From Eledone cirrhosa (lineage: Eukaryota), in NCBI GenBank assembly GCA_964016885.1, contig OZ024751.1:19964001-20028000 (forward strand): a stretch of DNA of 64,000 nt, given 5' to 3'. Under the pieces are notes generated by a model. It searched no databases. It was not told the origin of the DNA and worked only from the letters and a program-made list of their open reading frames with translations. A program made the position numbers and the translations under genes. Shown piece by piece: positions 54,564 through 64,000 of this stretch. Each line of letters opens with the position of its first letter. Within the stretch, counting starts at the first letter, position 1.

Positions 54564-55210
54564 TGTTTCTTTTATTTGCCACCAGGGCATCAAAAGTGGG
54601 ACAAGTACAAAGGGGGGAGTTTACACAAAAAGGCGTCCTCAATAAGGAGGAGGCAATAACAATGTATAAAAATAAAATAAAATATAACAAAAAATAAAAT
54701 TTATAACAAAATCCTCAATAGAGAGGAGGCGCCTTGGGGGGTCGCACACACCCCCGAAAAAAGTGTGCAACCCTTTTCCTCAGGAGCACAGAGAGGGGGT
54801 GCTCCCTCGTTCCTTCCTCTTTTCCACCTACAGGCTTATGTAAAGAGAAGGCCCATTCACACGGGCCATTCTCGCCACTTTCACCCACCTTTCATAAAAA
54901 CGGCTGGGGTGCAGCACCTCTCTCTCCATCCTGATCCTTCTTCCGAAATGGTATCGGAAGAAACGGACCAGTTGTTGGCCAGAGAGAAAGGTGCCCGACC
55001 TCAGTCCTTTCAGACGCGTCCACCATACAACTTCTTTTACCATGGCTATTACGCACAGAAACACCGCCTCTCCTTCATCTTTGAAGGGGGGGGGGGGGCG
55101 GCTTGATCATTACAATAGACTCGGTGGTCAACCGGATCGGTCCCACCCTTGACAGCAGTTGTTCGACATAGCCCCACAGATCGGCTACGCCCGAGCAGTG
55201 TACCAATGCG
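54564..55210 (-). mobile_element. 5'-truncated Tx1/L1-clade LINE with 20-bp TSD
   Basis: HALVHCSGVADLW (end of the zf-RVT-like CCHC) ... FLCVIAMVKEVVWWTR...FYERW. TSD TGTATGTATGTATATAGATA at 54544-54563 and 55211-55230. Confidence 0.8.
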
Positions 55211-55494
55211 TGTATGTATGTATATAGATAATAATAACTTTGGATTTATTATATAGAAACTACGTAATATGACAGCTGTAGCTTAATAATGTCTCTCTTT
55301 GTCCTTACGTGGGCGCTGCTGTCCGGTTTACGTATGCCGAATTTGGAAATATGGGTGGTCCACGTTTGATTTGCCTATTCTGGAAGCTGAGTACGATCTG
55401 GTTTGGTTTGGAATCATGGGTACAGGCTGGTGTTCGGTTTAGGGTGCTTGCTGAGGGTTTGTAGACTGACAGACGCAATAAGGGTCTTATTTAC

Positions 55495-55556
<62 letters not shown>

Positions 55557-55587
55557 TGTTTTGTAGAGAAACTCACTTCCCTTTTCT

Positions 55588-55611
<24 letters not shown>

Positions 55612-55618
<7 letters not shown>

Positions 55619-55857
55619 AAGTTAAATAAAAGTCAAATGATTAAAATTTAGCTTCGTTTATTACTGCTATATATATTTCAGTGACAGCCATCTTTGGCTG
55701 TGACCTCTTCAGGCAGTTTGAATTAGTATGGTATAGACAAGTACATATGTTGTTTAGGTGTATGATATTGTCAATACTCTGATATGCCCAGTTCCTTGTT
55801 GGGTTGTTAATTCACTGGGGAACTGGAGTCATATGACTCCAGTTCCCCAGTGAATTA
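55612..55857 (-). mobile_element. pLTR-like fragment (same family as 28100-28316) with HHR at 55663-55717 and a perfect 50-bp palindrome at its 5' break
   Basis: Palindrome TAATTCACTGGGGAACTGGAGTCAT|ATGACTCCAGTTCCCCAGTGAATTA at 55808-55857. Confidence 0.85.
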
Positions 55858-55887
55858 GGACCGATTCTTCCTCTATATCATTTCATT

Positions 55888-56417
55888 GGTGGATTGGCAG
55901 TATCGGTAGAGGGTCGGACGCCATGCTTTCCAGCATAGTTACGTAGCTTTATGATCTGAGTTCAAATCCCGCCGAGGTTAACTTTGCCTTTCATCCTTAC
56001 GGAGTCGATAAAATAAAGTACCAGTAATGCACTGAGATAATTGCTGGCCTTGTGCCTAAAGTAGAAACAATTATTAACTCCTTCTTACGGCTTCTACTTC
56101 TGTCGGTAAAGGATGGAATTCGCCTGGTTTAAAATGCACAAGACACACTATATGTCATACGCCAAACCTATAACATTTTTAGGGAGTCTATACGAGGGCG
56201 ATGGATTGGCAGTATCGGTAGAGGGTCGGACGCCATGCTTTGCAGCATAGAGTTACGGCTCTTTATGATCTGAGCTCAAATCCCGCCGAGGTTAACTTTG
56301 CCTTTCATCCTTATGGGGTCGATAAAATAAAGAACCAGTCACGCACTGGGGTCGATTTAATCGACTTTCCCCTCCCCCCAAATTACTGGCCTTGTGCCTA
56401 TATAAGAAACTATTATT
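55888..56417 (+). mobile_element. Two SINE family 1 copies (55888-56075, 56201-56417) with a tail segment between them
   Basis: GGATTGGCAGTATCGGTAGAG heads, B-box and core. Confidence 0.85.
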
Positions 56418-56622
56418 AGGGAGTCTATACATACGTACGTACATACCTACATACGTATTAGGGAGTCTATACATACGTACGTACATACCTACATACGTAT
56501 TAGGGAGTCTATACATACGTACGTACATACCTACATACGTATTAGGGAGTCTATACATACGTACATACATACCTACATACGTATTAGGGAGTCTATACAT
56601 ACGTACGTACATACCTACATAC
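56415..56622. repeat. 42-bp tandem repeat x5
   Basis: Unit TATTAGGGAGTCTATACATACGTACGTACATACCTACATACG. Confidence 0.95.
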
Positions 56623-56756
56623 ATGCATAATTACATAATTGCATACATATATCCACCCCTGCACACACACACACACATACAGACATACACACGTATCTAC
56701 GTAGTTGATGCTGTCTAGATTTCAATGGAAGAGTCATGTGTCTATGTTAGAAACCG

Positions 56757-56788
<32 letters not shown>

Positions 56789-57138
56789 TCTCTCCCTCTC
56801 TCTCCCACTCTCTCTCTCTCCCTCTTTCTATTGGTGAACATTTATAAACTGAAACCAGAAGACCATACATATATACATGCATGCATACATACATATATAG
56901 ATACACACACACACACACACACACAACACACATACTCACATAGAATAAATCTTACTTCACATAGAACGAGCTAATTTGCATAGCTATGTTAATTTGGCGA
57001 CTGCTAGTCATTGCTAATAGAAATACACGCAGCATGGAAACTTTTAACATTTCATATAACTAAATGTATCTTGTCGTGTGACCAAGAACTTGCGTTATAT
57101 CATGCTGTGTTGCTGCATTACTAATTTGATGAAGGACT

Positions 57139-57345
57139 GTGGATTGAAAGTAATCGGTAGAGTACCGGACAACATGCTTTGCAGCATAGAGTTACGTCCC
57201 TTTACGTTCTGAGTTCAAATCCCGCCAAACTTAACTTTGCCTTTCATCCTTTCGGGGTCGATAAAATAAGGTACCAGTCAAATACTAGGCTTGATATAAT
57301 CGACTTTCCCGACCTTCAAATTGCTGGCTTTGGGCTTAAATCAGA
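57139..57345 (+). mobile_element. SINE family 1 (long form)
   Basis: Head, B-box and core are present. Confidence 0.8.
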
Positions 57346-57762
57346 AATTAAACAAATTTACTGTCGTTTCGTGAACGAACGTTGCATAGGGGTTAGTTGT
57401 TCGACTCACGATCGGAAAGTGATTAATTCGATTTTCGGTTATACGTTGAGTTCTTGATCAAATCATTTTATTTCTTTCGCGTTATTTCAAGTTATTCCAC
57501 TCAGCTGGACCAAAAGTAACGTTTCTTTTAATTCAAAGAGCCAGCATTGCCACACACAGTATCACTAAATCTTCTCGAGAATTACGTTAGTGGTACATGT
57601 ATGTGTGTGGAATACTCAGCCACTTGCACGTTAATTTCTTCAGCAAGAAATTAATCTATTGATTGAATAATTGGAAAGCCCCTCGCGGGAACCGACGTAT
57701 GTCAAATACAAACCAGTTATTGTATTTTCCACAGTTCAATATAGTTGATACTAATTTATATT

Positions 57763-57960
57763 TGTGGTGCTTAGCTTAGTGGTAAAAAAATTGGATTCGC
57801 AATTGTAAGGTTGTGAGTTCGATTCCCGGACCGGGCGATGTGTTATGTCCTTGAGCAAGACACTTTATTTTACGTCTATAAGGACTCCCGTCTGCTAGAT
57901 AGGTATAAACAATGGAAAAACGAAACGAAACATTGTTCCCTTGGTCTGATTTGACGAGTT
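57763..57960 (+). mobile_element. SINE family 2
   Basis: TAGCTTAGTGG A-box, GAGTTCGATTCC B-box and TCCTTGAGCAAGACACTTTA core. Confidence 0.85.
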
Positions 57961-58318
57961 CTACCTCACTCGGTAATCGAGTGATTCCTAGGATCTTGTC
58001 AATCACTTTTCCATATTTGTGGCGGTAAAATGACCTAGTCGGTAGAGCACCGAGTGAAAGGCTTCACAATTGTTGTTTTGAGAAGCCGATAACAGCGACG
58101 AGACATTGCAGTAGTCATTAATAATAAATATTATATTGACTCCTATATACAGTACCAGTAATGCACTGTGCAATTGCTGGCCTAGTGCCAAACGTAGAAA
58201 CAGTTATATTGACTCCTATATACAGTATATGGCTCTTTAAGTCAAGACATATTTAGTACGTTCATTAACTACACTAATCCATCAAACCACAACACACACA
58301 ACAACAACAACAACAACA

Positions 58319-58355
<37 letters not shown>

Positions 58356-58368
58356 CACACATATATAT

Positions 58369-58385
<17 letters not shown>

Positions 58386-58410
<25 letters not shown>

Positions 58411-58597
58411 ACAAGTAAGACCCCGACGGCTGAGCTCAAGCCGTTTCGACGGCTAATTCTGGACCAGAATTAGCCGTCGAAACGGCTTGAGCTCAGCCGT
58501 CGGAGTCTTACTTGTTCCTATTACCCACTCTACTACCCTAAGTATTGAGTACTTTGGTCCGTTATGGTCCACCTGGTTCCTTACCACATTTCCTTCG

Positions 58598-58600
<3 letters not shown>
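58386..58600 (+). mobile_element. Family C fragment with spacer-less fold-back
   Basis: Arms 58386-58461 and 58464-58521 (sic centre TCTGG-A-CCAGA). Confidence 0.8.
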
Positions 58601-58654
<54 letters not shown>

Positions 58655-58657
<3 letters not shown>

Positions 58658-58786
58658 CTTGATGATTTTTAAAGAATGAAACAGTTCTGGTCCTGTAGAA
58701 TCTCATCTATATTAAAACTTTTATACTCTGCAATGTATTGAGTACCTTACTTACTGTGGTTACCTCCGATTCAACCCGGAATAACG

Positions 58787-58787
<1 letters not shown>
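58655..58787 (+). mobile_element. Family D pLTR-like fragment starting at a degenerate HHR
   Basis: attc-TTGATGA-tttt-taaa-gaat-GAAA-cag...ctg-TA-gaat, flanked by (TA)n. Confidence 0.7.
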
Positions 58788-58825
<38 letters not shown>

Positions 58826-58966
58826 ATGTATGCATGTATATACATCCATATATATATATATATATATATATATTATACCACATATATGTGTGTGTCTGTA
58901 TGCATGTATATATATATATATATATATTATACCACATATATGTGTGTGTCTGTATGTACATGTATG

Positions 58967-59006
<40 letters not shown>

Positions 59007-59031
59007 AATGGGCTTTAACGCGTACAGATAT

Positions 59032-59145
<114 letters not shown>

Positions 59146-59431
59146 TATGTATGTTTGCATTATGACATACACACAGACCGTGTTTGTGTCTGTGTGTATG
59201 TCATGTTTAGGAGTGTTAAACATTTATTATGTCAAGGTCGATTAAGCGTTTAATCCATTTGGTGTGTTGCCTAAATAATTGTTAGTTGTGTACTTGATGA
59301 TTGGTCAAACTGAACCGGAGTAGGAGCAAAGGTTCATGTCAACGAAATTGGAGACTTCCGGCCGCCTCCTGTCGCCCCTCCTGTCTCTTAGGTTTTGTTT
59401 AACTAATCGTCTCACTTCGTACATTCCTAAA

Positions 59432-59527
<96 letters not shown>

Positions 59528-59566
59528 AATATATATATATATATAGCGAGAGAGAGAGAGAGAGAG

Positions 59567-59641
<75 letters not shown>

Positions 59642-59725
59642 AAAAACGAAAAACAAAAACAATAACGATGAATGCAGTACAAACAGTGTAGTTATTAAGT
59701 TCACGCTTGAGAGTGGGAAGTGAGG

Positions 59726-59757
59726 GACGACGTTTCGGGCATAAGCCGTTCATCAGA
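59726..59757 (-). ncRNA. Minimal hammerhead motif (relative of 3608-3641), truncated just upstream of the core
   Basis: CTGATGA-acggc-ttat-gccc-GAAA-cg-TC. Confidence 0.6.
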
Positions 59758-59797
59758 TATATATGTATATATATACACATACATATTTGTGTGTGAG

Positions 59798-59915
<118 letters not shown>

Positions 59916-60254
59916 TTTATGCATACATACATGTATACATACATACATGTATACATACTAGCCTAATGCCTGTTAATATTAAATGTGAACAGATAATCAC
60001 ATCTGAATATTGTAATGAGTTAAATGATGACGGCGGTGGGATTTAAGGCGTACATCTAAATGTAAGGTTTTAAAAGAAAATTCATGAAATTACTCTCAGC
60101 ATAAATATATTTGTAGGAAATATATTTAAAAAATTCGATTACGATTTATGAATTCACTTGTTGCAGAAATAACCTGTTATATATTTATTGATTTGAATGA
60201 ATGTTCATTGATTTTCATGCGATACATGCTGGTGGATATTATTTTGATTAAAAA

Positions 60255-60840
60255 GGCGGTGGATTGGCCGTATCGGTAGAGCGTCAGACACCATGCTTTA
60301 CAGCACAGTTACGTCCCTTTATGGTCTGAGTTCAAATCCCGCCGAAGTTAACTTTGCCTTTCATCCTTACGGGGTCGATAAAATAAAGTACCAGTAATGC
60401 ACTGGGATAATTGCTGGCCTTGAGCCAAAAGTAGAAACAATTATTATTGGGGGTTGGCAGTACCAGTACAGTGCCGGATACCATGCTTCACGGTACTGAG
60501 TTACGGACCTTTACGTTCTGAGTTCAAATCCCGCTAATGTTAGCTTTGCCTTTCATCCTTACGGGGTCGATAAAATAAAGTACCAGTAATGCAGAGGGAA
60601 ATTGCTGGCCTTGTGCCAAAAGTAGAAACAATTATTTTCTTTGAAAAGGCGGTAGATTGGCAGTATCGATAGAGCGTCAGACATCATGCTTTGCAGCATA
60701 GAATTGCAGCCCTTTACGTTCTGAGTTCAAATCCCGCCGAGGTTAACTTTGCCTTTCATCCTTACGGGGTCGATAAAATAAAGTACCAGTAATGTACTAG
60801 TTAATTTGCTGGCCTTGTGCCAAAAGTATAAACAATTATT
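60255..60840 (+). mobile_element. Head-to-tail trimer of SINE family 1
   Basis: Units 60255-60447, 60450-60636 and 60647-60840 each end in AAACAATTATT. Confidence 0.9.
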
Positions 60841-61214
60841 TTGATTAAACAGACGCAGAGTTAACATATATCATAATATGTGAGCTGCAGTTTGATAACG
60901 TGTGTCTTCCACATTTGGTGGCTGTTGTGGTCCGGTTACCTATGTTGAGTTTGGGAAAGATGGGTGGTCCGCGTTTGGTTTGCTGAATTTGGAGGGTGAG
61001 TATGGTTTGGTTTGACAGGAGTGATGAGTAGAGCTGAGTGTTCAGAGTGATTGCTGAGTGTTTGTGGACAGATTGGAACAATGACAGTCTTATACACGTA
61101 TATATGTTGTAATCTCATGAAATAGGGATTACTTATTAAATGTAAAATTTAATGTTTGTCCAATGCCCGGAGGCTCACCAGGCCAGTGCTTATCCTGTTT
61201 AGTGACAAGACACC

Positions 61215-61920
61215 AGTCCATTGCAGGGTTCAAGTCCGTCCCAAGCCCAGAAGCTCATCAAACCGGTGCTTATCCCGGTTTCATCCGCGTTATGCGACAA
61301 AGAGTACAAGATTCCTGCCCCTGAAAAAGAGAACAGATCATCGCAGGGTTAACTCCCAGCTACTGCTGACACTCATATTCAGCTGAGTCGACAGGAACAA
61401 CGTGAAAGGAAGAGGTTTGCTGAAGAACACAATGCACAAATTGGACTAGGAAGCGAACCCACGAACATTATAATTGTAATTTAAACATTTCTAACCACCA
61501 ATCCACGCACCTTCAGATTACTTACACCTCTACAGAATCTCTATATTATTTGCAAAAGACCCTTTCCCTTCTTCGTGTTCGTAAAAATGCTAATCAATCG
61601 AATCGATTGACAATATCCCGGAACACATTCGCTTACCGAGCTGGGTAGAACTCGTGGAATCGAACCAAAGAATCAATATTTCCATTGGTCTGTCCAATGC
61701 TGATACTATCTACTAGTCGCAACACCTAACAGAAAAGGAAAGGTGAAATAAAGTGTCTTTCTCAAGGCCATAACACATCGCTGGGTGAAAGAATCGAACT
61801 CGCAACCTCTCTATATTGCAAATCCAATCCTCTAACTACACGTTCAGATTACTTACACCTCTATAGAATTTCTGTATTATCTGCAAAAGACCCATTTTCC
61901 TTCTTCGTGTTCATGAAAAT
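61215..61920 (-). mobile_element. Two degenerate SINE family 2-like copies, each with the same adjacent ~75-bp block
   Basis: TTCAGATTACTTACACCTCTA...CTTCTTCGTGTTC occurs at 61512 and 61843. Confidence 0.6.
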
Positions 61921-62526
61921 GATAAGTCCAATTTAATTGTGTGGACATGGCAACAGAAATCTGACCACAACAGAAGTATTTATTGTTCTCTAAGGTAGAC
62001 AGGCGCCGACCTTCGAAATTGTTAGCTGTTGAGCTTTGAAAAATTGTAAAACGAAATGTTACTTTGACCGGAAATTGACATCTTTTGTATTGGAAACGTC
62101 AGTGCATAATCAACTGATTTGCATATTTATTTTTGGGATGAATAAATCTTCCTCATGATGTGTACCAGAAGAAATAACAACCTCGATAAATGTGCAGTTG
62201 AGGTTCTTAATAATATATATCTTGTCTCTTTGCCATTAGCAGCATTAAAATTTCAAAGACAAACAACAAACGCACCTTCTTTCAGGAGCTATCTGTGTTT
62301 TGAGTTATTTGATTGAATCTAAATTCTATTTATATATTCAGTTGTGGAAGGATGTGCTTTAACGCTCACTATCAAGGACTGTTGCATCGTTTAAATATTC
62401 TTTGGTTTGAGATGGAATGCAGTTTATCATGAGGACATTGATTTCATAAACACGCTGGCCATATAAGTTGGGCAATGAATTACAATTGCACACCTTCATA
62501 CAACTAATCTAGTCCTTATATGTATA

Positions 62527-62571
<45 letters not shown>

Positions 62572-62631
62572 ACACACACACACACATATAGATATACATA
62601 CACACACACACATATATATATATATAAACAT

Positions 62632-62672
<41 letters not shown>

Positions 62673-62879
62673 AAAACATACACACACATATATATATAGA
62701 TATATATACACACACATATATATATAGATATATATACACACACATATATATATAGGTATACATACACACACACATATATATAGATATACATACACATATA
62801 TATATAGATATACATACACACATATATATATAGATATATACACATATACATACACACATACATATATATATATACACAC

Positions 62880-62913
<34 letters not shown>

Positions 62914-63037
62914 ATATACATACACACACATATATATATACACACACATACACACACAAACACACACACATATATATATATAACGGCGATGAATTAGTTT
63001 TGCGAGGTGTTTTATACATATATCCCCAAGTATAACA

Positions 63038-63070
<33 letters not shown>

Positions 63071-63464
63071 ATACTATAGGTGATTCGGTGAATTACTGGT
63101 GGTTCTACCAATATCAGAACTCGATGCACAGGCAGAGTGTATATATTAAGAAAATACGATAAAGTTTCGTGTACGTGTTTTTATTGATTATCGACCTGTT
63201 ACCTATGTTCAGGCCGATAATCAATAAAAACATGTAAACGAATTTTATAGGTTTTTTTGGTTTTTTTGCCTTATACATTTCGTGTATATATATATATATA
63301 GAGAGAGAGAGAGAAAGAGGGGGTGGGGTGGGGGGAGAGAAGGAGAGATACACATACACATACACATGGCTGATTAAATGCTCATGTGCTTTCATCCTGT
63401 AAAATAACTTCTATTTCTCTTCTTACTTTCGTCTATGATTCTATTTCTTCTATCTCCTTTTCTT

Positions 63465-63501
63465 TGTTCCGATGAAGGACTAACGACCAAAACATAAAGA
63501 T
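63465..63501 (+). ncRNA. Decayed minimal hammerhead (7875/46616 family)
   Basis: CCGATGA-aggac-taac-gacc-AAAA-ca-TA-aaga. The downstream sequence aligns with 46655-46700. Confidence 0.4.
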
Positions 63502-63580
63502 TATTTTCCTACAACACCAAGAATTAACTAATATATCTCGTCATTGTATTGTATTGTATTTTTCTTTGTTGTCTTTTCGC

Positions 63581-64000
63581 AAGTTTGCCTTTCATCCTTC
63601 GGAAATCGATAAACTAAAGTACCAGCTAAATACTCAGATCGATATAATCGACTTTCCCTTTCCCTAAATTGATTGATTTGTGCCAATGCTGGACAGAAAG
63701 AATGGTTTTATCTACGATTAAGGACGGTAGGTTAGCAGCATCGGTTGCGCGTCGAACAAAAAGGCTTTGTCGTATTTACGGTTTTCTATCCCTTTCGAGG
63801 TTGACAAAACAAAGTACCAGTCTAATACTGGGGTCGATTCTTTCTCTATATCTCTTTTTCACTTCCTCTCACTCACTTTTTATCCTTCTATGGAAGAAAT
63901 CTGTAGTATTCAGACATGGAGAGGGATGAGCTCCTCCACTTTAAAAATGCTCTAGAAACGCCTTATGCCCCTACGACTTCATCAGGAGGTACGGGACCAT
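63581..64000 (+). mobile_element. Two SINE family 1 remnants, the second with the extended tail
   Basis: 63840-64000 is homologous to 20900-21080. Confidence 0.7.

Noticed and set aside
55305-55470. Conserved coding exon (similar to 60915-61065)
   Set aside because: The two diverged copies share no intact frame. Treated as an unclassified repeat.

Overview
This looks like AT-rich animal non-coding DNA saturated with microsatellites ((TA)n, (CA)n, (CATA)n, (GA)n, (CAT)n, (CAA)n). From memory, the dominant tRNA-derived SINEs resemble octopus SINEs, so a cephalopod origin is inferred but not verified. No host gene can be supported, and nearly all ORF-track entries are microsatellite translations. 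Between the microsatellites lies a dense mobilome: two SINE groups, Helitron pieces, and RTE-, Tx1/L1-, CRE- and R4/Dong-like LINE remnants. There are also decayed Penelope-like element (PLE) ORF pieces. The main signal is about 20 type-I hammerhead ribozyme (HHR) motifs or half-motifs, from roughly ten different short sequence families. Most sit in (TA)n tracts, most have a family-specific palindromic stem III, several have very long stem II arms, and many are arranged as local fold-back duplications. A second set of elements sits repeatedly and with fixed polarity inside (CATA)n arrays. All calls were made by eye and coordinates are approximate to a few bases.
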